Positions 8,565 through 18,876 of a DNA stretch of 43,080 bases are shown piece after piece. Position 1 is the stretch's first letter; the number at the start of each line of letters is the position of its first letter. Below the pieces are notes generated by a model, which worked only from the letters and a program-made list of their open reading frames with translations, made no database searches and was not told the DNA's origin. A program made the position numbers and the translations under genes. This DNA comes from Clostridia bacterium (lineage in GTDB: Bacteria > Bacillota > Clostridia > Oscillospirales > CAG-272), in the NCBI GenBank assembly GCA_017558715.1, contig JAFYTT010000374.1, positions 1 through 43,080 of the forward strand. Direction: 5' to 3'.

Positions 8565-11123
8565 ATGAAACAATACAATGTCACGGGCATGAGCTGTGCG
8601 GCATGCGTCGCCCGTGTTGAAAAAGCGGTCAATGCCGTGGACGGTGTCACAGGTTGTGCCGTCAGCCTGCTGACCAATTCGATGGGTGTTGACGGCACAG
8701 CCTCCCCCGATGCGGTCATCGCCGCTGTCACCGCTGCAGGATACGGTGCATCCCCCAAAGACGGCGCCCAACAGCATCATACGTCATCCGCCGAGGAGGA
8801 TGCACTTGCCGACCGCGAAACACCGCTGCTCAAAAAGCGCCTGACCGTGTCCGTCATTCTTTTGCTGTTTTTGATGTATCTGTCCATGGGACATACGATG
8901 TGGGACTTCCCGCTGCCCGCCATCCTTGCGGAAAATCCGCTTGCGATCGCGCTGACACAGCTCCTTTTGTCTGCTGTCATCATGGTCATCAACCAGAAAT
9001 TCTTTATAAACGGCGCCAAAAGTCTCTGGATGCGCGCCCCGAACATGGATGCCCTCGTCGCACTCGGTTCTGCCGCTGCGTTTGTATACAGCACCTATGC
9101 CGTGTATGCGATGTCAGCCGAGTTGCTTGCGGGCGATTTCATGGGTGCACACCACCGTCTTCATGATCTGTATTTTGAATCCGCGGCAATGATCCTGACG
9201 TTGATCACCGTCGGAAAACTGCTGGAAGCACGCGCCAAAGGCAAAACGACCGATGCACTGAAAAGCCTGATGCGCCTGACCCCAAAAAACGCACGTGTGA
9301 TTCGCGGCGGAGAAGAAATCGAGGTTGACATCCGCCAGGTGAACAAGGGCGATCTTTTCGTCGTGCGTCCGGGAGAAGCCATTCCCGTTGACGGCACCGT
9401 GCTTGACGGCATGAGCGCCGTCAATGAAGCGGCTCTGACGGGCGAAAGTATCCCCGTTGACAAAACCGTCGGTGACAGCGTTTCCGCCGCGACACTCAAC
9501 ACCTTCGGCGTTCTGCGCTGTGAGGCAGTGCGCGTCGGCGAGGACACCACGCTTGCGCAGATCATCAAAATGGTCTCCGATGCCGCGGCAACCAAAGCAC
9601 CGATTGCCAAGATTGCAGATAAAGTGGCAGGCATCTTTGTCCCGACGGTCATTGCGATTGCGGCTGTTACCGCCATTGTCTGGATGCTTGTCGGACAAAC
9701 CTTTGGCTTTGCGCTGTCGCGCGGCATTGCCGTCCTTGTCATCAGCTGTCCGTGTGCGCTCGGTCTTGCGACACCCGTTGCGATCATGGTAGGAAGCGGC
9801 GTCGGTGCAAAACACGGAATTCTGTTCAAAACCGCCGCATCCCTTGAAATGGCAGGACGCATCACGACCGTCGCGCTCGATAAAACAGGGACAATCACAC
9901 GCGGTGAACCGTCCGTGACCGATCTGTTTGCTGTCAACGGTATCACAGAGGACACGCTGCTGCAGCACGCCGCTTCGCTGGAAGCCAACAGCGAGCATCC
10001 GCTTGCCCGTGCCATCCGCAAAAAGGCAGAGGATGTACATATCACCGCCGAACCGGTTACCGATTTTGTCATTCTGCCCGGCAGCGGTCTTGAAGCACTG
10101 CAAGGCACATCCCTGCTGCGTGGCGGCAGTATTCATCACATGGCATCCGTCCTGCCCACAGCCATTCCGATCGCAGTCCTGGAAGCGGCAGAAGCCTTTG
10201 CCAAACAGGGCAAAACACCGCTTGCGTTCAGCCGTGACAACAAACTGCTCGGCATCATCGCCGTTGCCGATACAATCAAGGAAGACAGCCCCGAGGCAAT
10301 CCGTCAGCTGCGCGAAATGGGTATCCGTGTTGTCATGCTGACCGGGGACAACGCTCAAACCGCCGCCGCTGTCGGTATCGCCGCAGGTGTCGACGAGGTC
10401 ATTGCAGGTGTTCTTCCCGACGGCAAGGAAGCGGTCATTGCATCCTTGCGCGAAACAGGTCACGTTGCAATGGTCGGAGACGGCATCAACGATGCACCTG
10501 CGCTGACCCGTGCCGATCTGGGTATCGCCATCGGTGCCGGTGCCGACGTTGCTGTTGATGCCGCCGATACCGTTCTGATGCAGAGCCGTCTTTCCGATGT
10601 CCCCGCCGCGATCCGTCTCGGACGTGCGGTCCTGCGGAATATCCGCGAAAACCTCTTCTGGGCATTCGGCTACAACATCATTGGTATTCCGTTGGCTGCA
10701 GGTCTGTTTATCCCGTTCGGCGGCTGGGAAATGAATCCGATGTTCGGTGCCGCAGCAATGAGCATCTCAAGCTTTCTCGTCGTCTCCAATGCATTGAGAC
10801 TCAATCTCTTTGACATCCGCCGCCACAAACCGCAAAAGACAGCACAAACCGGAACAACGCCGGAAATCATCGATCAATCCCCGCAGATTCCCGAAAAAAA
10901 GGAGGAAACCACCATGACAAAAACAATGAAAATCGAGGGCATGATGTGCCCGCACTGTGAAGCACACGTAAAGAAAGCTCTCGAAGCGCTGGACGGTGTT
11001 GCGGAAGCGACCGCTGACTTCAAGGCAGGCACCGCTGTGATCACACTGACCAAAGATGTCGCCGACGAGCTTCTCAAAACAGCCGTTGAGGAAGCCGACT
11101 ATACCGTGCTCGGTATCGAATGA
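8565..11123 (+). CDS. copA: Cu(I)-translocating P1B-type ATPase with N- and C-terminal HMA domains
   Basis: [46 protein letters not shown]-terminal GMMCPHC. Confidence 0.93.
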   Translation: MKQYNVTGMSCAACVARVEKAVNAVDGVTGCAVSLLTNSMGVDGTASPDAVIAAVTAAGYGASPKDGAQQHHTSSAEEDALADRETPLLKKRLTVSVILLLFLMYLSMGHTMWDFPLPAILAENPLAIALTQLLLSAVIMVINQKFFINGAKSLWMRAPNMDALVALGSAAAFVYSTYAVYAMSAELLAGDFMGAHHRLHDLYFESAAMILTLITVGKLLEARAKGKTTDALKSLMRLTPKNARVIRGGEEIEVDIRQVNKGDLFVVRPGEAIPVDGTVLDGMSAVNEAALTGESIPVDKTVGDSVSAATLNTFGVLRCEAVRVGEDTTLAQIIKMVSDAAATKAPIAKIADKVAGIFVPTVIAIAAVTAIVWMLVGQTFGFALSRGIAVLVISCPCALGLATPVAIMVGSGVGAKHGILFKTAASLEMAGRITTVALDKTGTITRGEPSVTDLFAVNGITEDTLLQHAASLEANSEHPLARAIRKKAEDVHITAEPVTDFVILPGSGLEALQGTSLLRGGSIHHMASVLPTAIPIAVLEAAEAFAKQGKTPLAFSRDNKLLGIIAVADTIKEDSPEAIRQLREMGIRVVMLTGDNAQTAAAVGIAAGVDEVIAGVLPDGKEAVIASLRETGHVAMVGDGINDAPALTRADLGIAIGAGADVAVDAADTVLMQSRLSDVPAAIRLGRAVLRNIRENLFWAFGYNIIGIPLAAGLFIPFGGWEMNPMFGAAAMSISSFLVVSNALRLNLFDIRRHKPQKTAQTGTTPEIIDQSPQIPEKKEETTMTKTMKIEGMMCPHCEAHVKKALEALDGVAEATADFKAGTAVITLTKDVADELLKTAVEEADYTVLGIE

Positions 11124-11134
11124 AAGGAACGCAC

Positions 11135-11875
11135 ATGAATAAGACGTATGATCTTATCGTCACAGCCCCCGAGGAATTCGCCGAAGCCTGTGCGCAGGTG
11201 CTGTTCCGCACGGTAAGGGAAAAGCCCGATGCCGTCATCGGACTTTCGACAGGGCGCACAACCGGTGACATCCACCGCCGGTTTGCCGCACTGATCAAGG
11301 AACACGGCATCGATGTTTCCCATCTGACGATCTTCGGTCTTGACGAGGTCACCGGTGTCAGCCGCGACTACTTTGGCAGCTGCATCTGGATGTTGGAGCA
11401 TGAGTGCGTCCATGACCTCGGTATTCCAAAAGAAAACTTCTTAATGCTTCCGCTGACCTCGGACAACTGGGAGCGCGACTGCGATGCCTTCCGCGCAGAG
11501 CTTGCACGCCGCGGCGGCATTACGCTGCTGGAACTCGGTCTCGGTGAAAACGGTCACATCGGCTTCAATCAGCCCGGTACACCGTTTACCCAGCGCGCAT
11601 TCCATGGCACAATGCATGACTATCTGGAAGCGCGCATCCGCCGTGAAACCAATACGCCCGATGACATTGTGCTCGGCGGCGTGACCCTCGGCATTGCCGA
11701 TGTCATGGATGCGCAGGCGATTTTACTCTGTGCTAACGGCGCACACAAAAAACAGCCGCTAACCGATGCGCTGTACGGTCCCAGGACGACCGATCTGCCC
11801 GCTACGGTCCTGCAGTCACACCCGCATCTGCAGATCATCTGTGACACCGATGCGGCCCCCGAAATCCCGGTATAA
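11135..11875 (+). CDS. Glucosamine-6-phosphate deaminase-like (NagB family) protein
   Basis: GLSTGRT, GLDE, LGLGENGHIGFNQPG, VTLGI, PATVLQSHP; AAAGGA RBS right after the copA stop. Confidence 0.8.
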   Translation: MNKTYDLIVTAPEEFAEACAQVLFRTVREKPDAVIGLSTGRTTGDIHRRFAALIKEHGIDVSHLTIFGLDEVTGVSRDYFGSCIWMLEHECVHDLGIPKENFLMLPLTSDNWERDCDAFRAELARRGGITLLELGLGENGHIGFNQPGTPFTQRAFHGTMHDYLEARIRRETNTPDDIVLGGVTLGIADVMDAQAILLCANGAHKKQPLTDALYGPRTTDLPATVLQSHPHLQIICDTDAAPEIPV

Positions 11876-11885
11876 GGAGAACACC

Positions 11886-14141
11886 ATGCGTTATCTGCAC
11901 GACGAAATGGCGGCAAAAATTCCAACAAGCGTCCTTGCTCTGCCAGTCGATACCCAGCCGCGCCATGTCGGTCGGGGCAGGCTGACCGAACAAGACGGCA
12001 CATGGATTCTGTCCGCACCGCCGACACACAACGACTGGGCGGCGCACAACAGCCCTCCAGACGGTGATTACTGCAATTTCGGCTCTGCGACCATGGTCAT
12101 CGACCTCGGCGGGCGCGATCTGTCCGCGTACAACCGTCTGACCTTTTCCGCGTTTGCCGTGGATACCGGCATTCCCGCGCCGATGCTGTACTGCGGCATC
12201 CAAAACAGCGGCAGACATCCGATCCCCGATGCATTCGGCAGAAGCGGTACCCATCAGGCATCGCTTGTCACAGGACAATGGTGCGAGGTCATCTGGGAGT
12301 TTCCTGAACTGTGTGCCGACCGTTGTGATGCGATCACGATCTCCATGCCGCTCAACGGAGACTTCGGGCGCGGTTTTCCCGATACCACCGTTTATCTGCG
12401 CGACATTGCGCTCTCTCACATTAACAATCCCGAGCCGTGCCGAGGCTGGGAATGCGGCGATACGGTCGCATATTCCCGTGCGGGTTATGCCGCAGATGCA
12501 CCGAAAATCGCAGTAACGCAGATGGCATGCGATACCTTTTCCATAATCGACCGCACATCCGGTCAGATAATCGACCTTCCCGCAAAACAGGTGGAATTTC
12601 TCACAAAACCGTACTTTCTGCTCGATTTTTCCGCGGTGAATACCTGCGGTATCTATGCACTCCGCGCAGGAGACTATACATCCGATGACTTCCCCATCAT
12701 GACAAGAGAAGCATTTGATACCGCCCTTGCCGAAAAGCTGCTCACTTTCATTTCCGCCGAGCGGTGCGGATGTGATGTTCCGGGACATCATCCGCCATGC
12801 CATGCCGACATTGTCGCCGAGCACAACGGTGTCATCAAATCCTATTGCGGCGGCTGGCACGATGCGGGAGACCTTTCCCAGCAGACGCTGCAGTCGGCAG
12901 AAACGGCAATCGCACTCAGCCGTGCCGTCGGACATGCGCCGTCCATCCGTGACCGCCTGCAGGCAGAATCCCGCTGGGGTATGGATTTTGTCCTGTCGAT
13001 GCGCTTCGGCGACGGATATCGCGCCACATCCGCAGGCATCACCCGCTGGACAGACGGTATCATCGGTACGATGGACGACTGTTATGCCCGTGTCCACAAC
13101 CACGCCTTTGAAAACTATCTCTTCTCTGCCATCGAAGCACAGGCAGCACTCGACGAGACCGATGCCGACCGCCGCGATGCACTGATGAACGCCGCTCGCG
13201 AGGACTTTGCCTTTGCCGAGGAGCGATATGCTGCATACGGCAGAGAGCTTCCGATCTTTTTTGAGCACTCGTATTCATCCCCACGTTCCCTGTATGCTGC
13301 TGCGGCGATTGTCAGCGCAGTGTCGCTGTACCGTCTGACCAAGGATAACGCCTATCTTCATGCCGTCCAGCCGCACACAAGCGTCCTGCTTGCATCGCAG
13401 ATGCGTGATACCGCACAGCCAATCAGCGGTTATTTCTGTCGGGATGAAAGTCTGTCCGTTCCGGTACACTTCACGCATCAGTCGCGGGAATACCTGTACG
13501 GAGAAGCGCTCGCCGCATTGATGACCCTGCCGCTTGATGACACCGTGAAAGCCAAGGTACAAAATGCCATCGATACGTATGCAAACTATTTCAAAACGCT
13601 GTATTCCTATGCATCGCCCTACGGTATGATCCCCGCCGGCGTCTATGCGCTGTCGGAGACCGACGATACACCCGATAACCGCGATATCTTTTCCCTTTGT
13701 CACCTGTTTGCGGATTTTGACGATACACTCTCGTCACAAAAGGCACAAATTCGCGCAGGAGTGTCCATCGGCGGCGGTTTGTATGTAAAGCAGTTCCCGG
13801 TATGGTTCTCCTTCCGTGGGAACCATGCCATCCTTCTGTCGCAGGCAGCATCGATACGTGCCCTTGCGAGGATCGGCAATGACCCCGAGCTGCATGCGAT
13901 TGCCGATCGGCAGACCGCATTTCTGCTCGGATGCAATCCGTTCTGTCAGTCGATGGTATATGGATTGGGCAGCCGCTGTGCGGAACCGTACTTTGCTCTG
14001 CTCGGACGGTGCGAGGGTGCCGTTCCCGTCGGTATTCAGACAGACGGTGATCTCGATGAGCCGTTCTGGCCATGCGGCATCAACGCGACATATAAGGAGG
14101 TCTGGATGACCTCTGCAACGGCACTTCTTCGCAGCATGTAA
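11886..14141 (+). CDS. Glycoside hydrolase family 9 protein (no signal peptide)
   Basis: Ig-like YSRAGY..APKIA segment, GGWHDAGD, LGCNPF, C-terminal TYKEVW; TAAGGAG RBS overlaps the upstream stop. Confidence 0.8.
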   Translation: MRYLHDEMAAKIPTSVLALPVDTQPRHVGRGRLTEQDGTWILSAPPTHNDWAAHNSPPDGDYCNFGSATMVIDLGGRDLSAYNRLTFSAFAVDTGIPAPMLYCGIQNSGRHPIPDAFGRSGTHQASLVTGQWCEVIWEFPELCADRCDAITISMPLNGDFGRGFPDTTVYLRDIALSHINNPEPCRGWECGDTVAYSRAGYAADAPKIAVTQMACDTFSIIDRTSGQIIDLPAKQVEFLTKPYFLLDFSAVNTCGIYALRAGDYTSDDFPIMTREAFDTALAEKLLTFISAERCGCDVPGHHPPCHADIVAEHNGVIKSYCGGWHDAGDLSQQTLQSAETAIALSRAVGHAPSIRDRLQAESRWGMDFVLSMRFGDGYRATSAGITRWTDGIIGTMDDCYARVHNHAFENYLFSAIEAQAALDETDADRRDALMNAAREDFAFAEERYAAYGRELPIFFEHSYSSPRSLYAAAAIVSAVSLYRLTKDNAYLHAVQPHTSVLLASQMRDTAQPISGYFCRDESLSVPVHFTHQSREYLYGEALAALMTLPLDDTVKAKVQNAIDTYANYFKTLYSYASPYGMIPAGVYALSETDDTPDNRDIFSLCHLFADFDDTLSSQKAQIRAGVSIGGGLYVKQFPVWFSFRGNHAILLSQAASIRALARIGNDPELHAIADRQTAFLLGCNPFCQSMVYGLGSRCAEPYFALLGRCEGAVPVGIQTDGDLDEPFWPCGINATYKEVWMTSATALLRSM

Positions 14142-14156
14142 ATCGATACACTTTCG

Positions 14157-14178
14157 ATTTGTGTATCGATACACAAAT
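14157..14178. repeat. Perfect 22-bp palindrome
   Basis: ATTTGTGTATCGATACACAAAT, with an extra half copy ATCGATACAC at 14142-14151. Confidence 0.85.
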
Positions 14179-14189
14179 ATTCATCAAAT

Positions 14190-14228
14190 AAGCCGATGTC
14201 GGAAATGTTCCGTACATCGGCTTCATTT
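14190..14228. terminator. Probable bidirectional terminator
   Basis: AAGCCGATGT-CGGAA-atg-TTCCG-t-ACATCGGCTT between convergent genes. Confidence 0.7.
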
Positions 14229-15256
14229 TATTGCAAAGGAATGGTCATTTTCCCGGGCACTACCGTCAGATCAGGCGCCCATCCGCCATCAAGAATCCCC
14301 GCAGTACCGGGATTTTTGAGATCATGCACACCGTCAGTGTCAAATCGTGTCACCTCCACGCGGTCACGGTAGACAGCAAAGACCGTACATGTCCGCGCCT
14401 CACCATCCTCACCCGTCGCGGTAAATCCGACATATCCGGCATTGAGGTATGTGAAGCTGATCTCCGTCGTTTCATACGCCATCTGCCCGTATTCCGCCGT
14501 CGGATCGGGAATGAGCATCGTATCGCCCGGTGCAAGATACACACACGAACCGCCGAGATAACTGTCATAATCATCGGAATGATTGTGCGCATAAAGAACG
14601 ATCAGATGCAGCCCGGCATCCCCCGCTTCGTTCAGTACATCGACCAGCCATTTTGCATAGCGGTTGTCCTCGCGCCAGTTGATGTGAAAGGGAATATGCG
14701 TCATCACAAAGATCGGGCGACGCTCATGTGTATCGATACACGCCCGTAGATATGTATCCAGCTTTGCTGCAGTTTCCTCGGTGATATAAGCATTGTCCTC
14801 ATCGGAAAACGACGGGAAATCACCCTCATGGATCATGTAAACGATATAGTCCTCCCGCTCATGAACACCGCCTGCATCAAGTCCCGGCGTGTCCTCGGGA
14901 TCGTGATTGCCCTGCAGAAACAAAATGTCATCTGCACCGAGTCCGAGCGCATCTTCGATCCGATGGCTGACGATCTCCAAGCCCTCGCCCGACTTTTCCG
15001 TGTCATAGGCCGAGCTGTAGTCGCCGAGAAACAACGCCTCGTCCACCGCGCGATACCCGTTCTTCTTCACTGCGGTCAAAAGCTGTGACAGCACAACGCC
15101 GTCCCGACCTTCACCCTGCAAGTCCGAGCCTGCCCAGATGACTGCCAGCGGTGAGCGTGTCTGATACTGCCACAATACCGCACCAACGATAACAAGCAGC
15201 ACCGCCGTGACACATAAAACGACGCGCCGCAAGTCCCTCACTCGGTCAGATCGCAT
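14228..15256 (-). CDS. Membrane-anchored calcineurin-like metallophosphoesterase
   Basis: N-terminal hydrophobic helix; SDLQ, LGDYS, GNHD, TH, AHNH motifs; start uncertain (ATG 15256 or GTG 15241). Confidence 0.75.
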   Translation of the reverse strand: MRSDRVRDLRRVVLCVTAVLLVIVGAVLWQYQTRSPLAVIWAGSDLQGEGRDGVVLSQLLTAVKKNGYRAVDEALFLGDYSSAYDTEKSGEGLEIVSHRIEDALGLGADDILFLQGNHDPEDTPGLDAGGVHEREDYIVYMIHEGDFPSFSDEDNAYITEETAAKLDTYLRACIDTHERRPIFVMTHIPFHINWREDNRYAKWLVDVLNEAGDAGLHLIVLYAHNHSDDYDSYLGGSCVYLAPGDTMLIPDPTAEYGQMAYETTEISFTYLNAGYVGFTATGEDGEARTCTVFAVYRDRVEVTRFDTDGVHDLKNPGTAGILDGGWAPDLTVVPGKMTIPLQ

Positions 15257-16185
15257 TGGAAGAATACCATCTTTTCTCGCTTCCATGTGTAACAACCATA
15301 GAGATACTTTCCATCCGTGATGACCGCAGGATAGGAGTATTCGCCCGGCTCCGTTTCCAGATCAAACAGGCGCACAAAGGTATCGCCGCTGTCGGTACTC
15401 TCAAACAGAGAAAGCGGTGTACGTCCCTCGGTCACGGGATTACAGCAAAGGATGATGCGGTTCTCGGCAACCTTGACAAGATCAAGACCGCTGTTGTTGT
15501 TGGGCAGATCGATCGGGTACAGCGTACACCAGGTCTTACCGAAATCTGTGGAGTCGGAGCGGAAGATCTTCTTGTTTTTGGAGCGCACCAGCATATGCAC
15601 GCCGCGCGCATCCTCCCAAAGCGACGGCTGAATGACCTCGGTATCCTCCGTCGGCACGGGAAGAAACGGGGTCTGCTCCCATGTGTAGCCATTGTCGGAG
15701 GAGATATCGGCAAAGCACCGCCACGGTCCCTGCTCAAAGGAAGCACCTGCGAGAATCGTACCGTTGGACAGACGGATGGGCTTGTTCTTGACAGGTCCTC
15801 TGCCGTCGATATCATCCTCGCACAGGCGGCGCGGTTCAGCCCATGTAGCACCGCCGTCGCGCGAGGTGGTGAACATCGTATTCCACGAATGAATTTCCTT
15901 ACTGCGCTTATAGTAAAGCAGAATCTCCTCGCCGTTGTCATAAAGCACGGGATTCCAGTTCGGAATCGGCTCAACGACCGATACACACTGCGGTGCCGAC
16001 CATGTTCCGTCCGCATCCGAGCGATGCGCAACATAAATCTGTACGTCGTCATGTCCTTCATGGGTACCGCCGAACCACGCGGCAAGAATACCGTCTGCGG
16101 TTTTGATCAGCGTTGCGGCATGACAGGACGGAATGTTCACGGGGGTTTGGGGATCATAAATAAATTCTTTTGTCAGTAACTTCAT
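15238..16185 (-). CDS. BNR/Asp-box beta-propeller (sialidase-like, BNR_2)
   Basis: SCHAAT, AWFGGTHEG, Asp boxes SRDGGATW, SSDNGYTW, STDFGKTW, STDSGDTF; EYSYP. Confidence 0.8.
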   Translation of the reverse strand: MKLLTKEFIYDPQTPVNIPSCHAATLIKTADGILAAWFGGTHEGHDDVQIYVAHRSDADGTWSAPQCVSVVEPIPNWNPVLYDNGEEILLYYKRSKEIHSWNTMFTTSRDGGATWAEPRRLCEDDIDGRGPVKNKPIRLSNGTILAGASFEQGPWRCFADISSDNGYTWEQTPFLPVPTEDTEVIQPSLWEDARGVHMLVRSKNKKIFRSDSTDFGKTWCTLYPIDLPNNNSGLDLVKVAENRIILCCNPVTEGRTPLSLFESTDSGDTFVRLFDLETEPGEYSYPAVITDGKYLYGCYTWKREKMVFFQCDLTE

Positions 16186-16200
16186 TGTTTTTCTCCTTTA

Positions 16201-16995
16201 TCAGAGTGCAAGCGGCAGGTTTTCGATCATGAGCGCACCGATCACAAGGCTTGCGGCATTGGCACACATCGCATAGGGGATACTGCGTCCCCGTTTTTCC
16301 TTGAGGGTATTCCAATAAGCAAGTGCTTCAAATACCACGATTGCCGCTTCCAACAGATAATATCCAAACAGTATATACGAATCCATCGTTGCGCCGCCGA
16401 GAATCAGATTCAAAGCCAGCTGTGTCATGGCATTGAAGCAGAGAAACACACACCAGCTGTGCTTTTCTCTGTATCCGAACGCCCAGAACAGAATTCCTTC
16501 GATCAACAGGGTCAGAATAACACGCATCCCAATGATCAGTACCATCCGTCCTGCATACAGCTCACTGCGCAGCATATATTGCGAAGGAAAAGCCTCGGGA
16601 AATTGTTTCAGCTCTGAAAGATCCAGCAAAAGTACATTGTTGTAATGCGCAAAGGTCTGATCGGGTAAATCCAACAGGGTCGTGTTCCCGCCCGTCGTCA
16701 CCGCAAGACGGAGTTTGGACAACTCCACATCGTCCGCAGATCCCTTACCCGGAAACGTGACATGACTGTATCGAAAACGAAAATACGTCTCCCAACCGCG
16801 CACCGATTTCTGTTTTGAAAGTTGATATGCTTCCTCATAATTGGCATCCTCCAGCGCAAGCTCGAGATCATCGGGAGCCGACACAACCACAATGGTCAGA
16901 CACGGCGGCTCCGCAGAATTGGCAAAAACCGGGAGTGCAAGCAAAACGGTCAGACAACAAACAAGAACAAACTTCCATATCAAACGGTGTTTCAT
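16201..16995 (-). CDS. Hypothetical membrane protein (signal peptide plus about 4 C-terminal TM helices)
   Basis: Signal peptide ending VFA-NSAEPP; hydrophobic C-terminal half; AAGGAG RBS. Confidence 0.7.
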   Translation of the reverse strand: MKHRLIWKFVLVCCLTVLLALPVFANSAEPPCLTIVVVSAPDDLELALEDANYEEAYQLSKQKSVRGWETYFRFRYSHVTFPGKGSADDVELSKLRLAVTTGGNTTLLDLPDQTFAHYNNVLLLDLSELKQFPEAFPSQYMLRSELYAGRMVLIIGMRVILTLLIEGILFWAFGYREKHSWCVFLCFNAMTQLALNLILGGATMDSYILFGYYLLEAAIVVFEALAYWNTLKEKRGRSIPYAMCANAASLVIGALMIENLPLAL

Positions 16996-17033
16996 GTGCA
17001 GTCTCCTTTCCGATCGCGGTGAACAATCAAAGA

Positions 17034-17933
17034 TCAGATTTCATAGCATCCGTATTCTTCAAGAATACACTTGCCGATTTCATACAGATATTTCTCTGCG
17101 GTTCTGCGCAGACGAAGCGGCGGTTTTGCAAGGCGCGTATCTTCTTCATACGGACGGCGCTTGCCGGCAGGATAGAAGATGTTGCCCGACTCAAACGTGA
17201 AATAGCCCTTATAGCCAATGTCGAGAAGACCGTGCATCAGCGAGTCAAGATTGAGAGAACCCGAAAACGGTGCTAAATGATGGTCGTCGTTGCCCCAGTT
17301 GTCCTGCACATGGAGCGCATAAACGTGATGACCGAGAATCTTTAAGGATTCATGCTGCGGCATTTCCTGCATATTGCCGTGCCCGCAGTCCCAGACCGCA
17401 TGGAAGTTCGGATGATTGACCGTCTCAATCATCGCAAGCAGGTCGGGCGCGTTGTCAATCCAATAAAGTCCGTCAACGCACATCTTATTGAAATTCTCCA
17501 CAAGGATGTTGACATTACATTCTTTTGCAAGCTTCAGAAGCGGCTCGTAAAAGTGCGCGTTTGCCTCAAAGGTCTGCTCTTTTGTCAGTCCTTTTGTATA
17601 GCCGGAGTGGACAACGAGATTCGGAATACCGAGAATCCCGCAAGCTTCGACACAGCGTGCGGTATCAGCGACAAACGCCGCGTTATCGGGTGCAATCGGT
17701 GCTCCCATCGGAGAATGTGCCTGAATGAACGCCGCACCGAGCGACTCGGCTTTCTGCTTTACACGGGCAAGAAAGTCTTTCCAGTCATCGGCATAGGCAC
17801 CGCCGCGCGTATGGTAATCCAGACCGAAATCATAGTCGAGATAACGGAAGCCCGCCTCGCAGATATACTGCACAGCTTCTTCCTTGGATTTTGTATAGGC
17901 GTTGAAATCGCCTGTCGTTGTTGCAAGCTTCAT
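17034..17933 (-). CDS. Sugar phosphate isomerase/epimerase (xylose-isomerase-like TIM barrel)
   Basis: QAHSP, VVHSG, LVEN, WDCGH, LHVQDN...D.HLAPF.G, FTFE; AAGGAG RBS before ATG 17933. Confidence 0.85.
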   Translation of the reverse strand: MKLATTTGDFNAYTKSKEEAVQYICEAGFRYLDYDFGLDYHTRGGAYADDWKDFLARVKQKAESLGAAFIQAHSPMGAPIAPDNAAFVADTARCVEACGILGIPNLVVHSGYTKGLTKEQTFEANAHFYEPLLKLAKECNVNILVENFNKMCVDGLYWIDNAPDLLAMIETVNHPNFHAVWDCGHGNMQEMPQHESLKILGHHVYALHVQDNWGNDDHHLAPFSGSLNLDSLMHGLLDIGYKGYFTFESGNIFYPAGKRRPYEEDTRLAKPPLRLRRTAEKYLYEIGKCILEEYGCYEI

Positions 17934-17958
17934 CGTTGCTTTTCTCCTTTCCATATGC

Positions 17959-18001
17959 AAAAACGGCACCACGGCAAGCGAGGACCTGCAGTGATGCCGT
18001 T
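17959..18001 (-). terminator. Terminator-like hairpin between the two isomerase genes
   Basis: AACGGCATCACTGCA...TGCCGTGGTGCCGTTTTT on the minus strand. Confidence 0.55.
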
Positions 18002-18017
18002 GCAATCGTTCTTTGAT

Positions 18018-18854
18018 TTATGCGTTCAGGCAGGAACGGATCAGATCGCGTGCCTTTGCGATATCCTTGGTCTGCTGATCACCGGAGATCTCACGTTCGA
18101 TGATATACGGACCTTCGTAGCCGCAGTTCTTGAGCGCGGCAATGATACCGGGAACATTGGCACGACCGTCGCCCAGCGCACATTCATGACCGAGTTCACG
18201 TCCCGTCGTCGGATAGAAGCCGTCCTTGAAGTGGGTATTGCGGACGTACTTGCCGAAGACCTCAATCGCATCGACCGTATTTGCCTTGCCGTAGAGAATC
18301 AGATTCGCCGTATCGAGGTTGATGCCGAGGTTGCCCGTACCGACTTCTTCGATGTAACGAAGCATCGCAACAGGCGTTTCCTGCCCTGTTTCAAACAGGA
18401 AATACTGACCGTACTGTTTCAGTTCTTCTGCAATGTCGGAAATGGCATCCTTGATCGGCAGAAAATCCGGGCTGTTGGGATCCTCGGGCAAGAATCCGAC
18501 ATGCGTAATGACGTCGGTGACACCAAGCAGACGTGCAAATGCCGCTTCCGCCTTGATCTCCGCAATGCGCTTTTCGCGGTACTGTTCGGGAACGATACCG
18601 AGCGTCGTCGGTCCTTCATAGAAATTCCAGACCGCAGGAGCGCTCCAGCCTGCCCAGACAGCGGTAATGCGTATACCGTGTTTTTCAGCCGAAGCCTTCA
18701 CAAATTCTGCCGCTTCCTCTGTCATAACAGAACCGGGCCAGACATTGAGCTGGCAGGCATTGAGTTCCAGAGATGCCAAACGTGCAAAGTCCGCATCCAG
18801 CGCTTCGAGATTGCCGGAATAACCGATCAGCGCACCGATTTCATAGGTTTTCAT
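18018..18854 (-). CDS. Sugar phosphate isomerase/epimerase (xylose-isomerase-like TIM barrel)
   Basis: THVGF, FETGQE, INLDTAN, THFKDG, LGDG, IIERE; GGAGG RBS. Confidence 0.85.
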   Translation of the reverse strand: MKTYEIGALIGYSGNLEALDADFARLASLELNACQLNVWPGSVMTEEAAEFVKASAEKHGIRITAVWAGWSAPAVWNFYEGPTTLGIVPEQYREKRIAEIKAEAAFARLLGVTDVITHVGFLPEDPNSPDFLPIKDAISDIAEELKQYGQYFLFETGQETPVAMLRYIEEVGTGNLGINLDTANLILYGKANTVDAIEVFGKYVRNTHFKDGFYPTTGRELGHECALGDGRANVPGIIAALKNCGYEGPYIIEREISGDQQTKDIAKARDLIRSCLNA

Positions 18855-18876
18855 AGTTGATTGTTCCTCCGATGGT

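Noticed and set aside
10914-11123. Separate copZ gene or unusual fusion at the copA 3' end (internal GGAGG + ATG)
   Set aside because: In frame with copA with no stop; a C-terminal HMA domain is common in clostridial CopA. An internal start is possible but unproven
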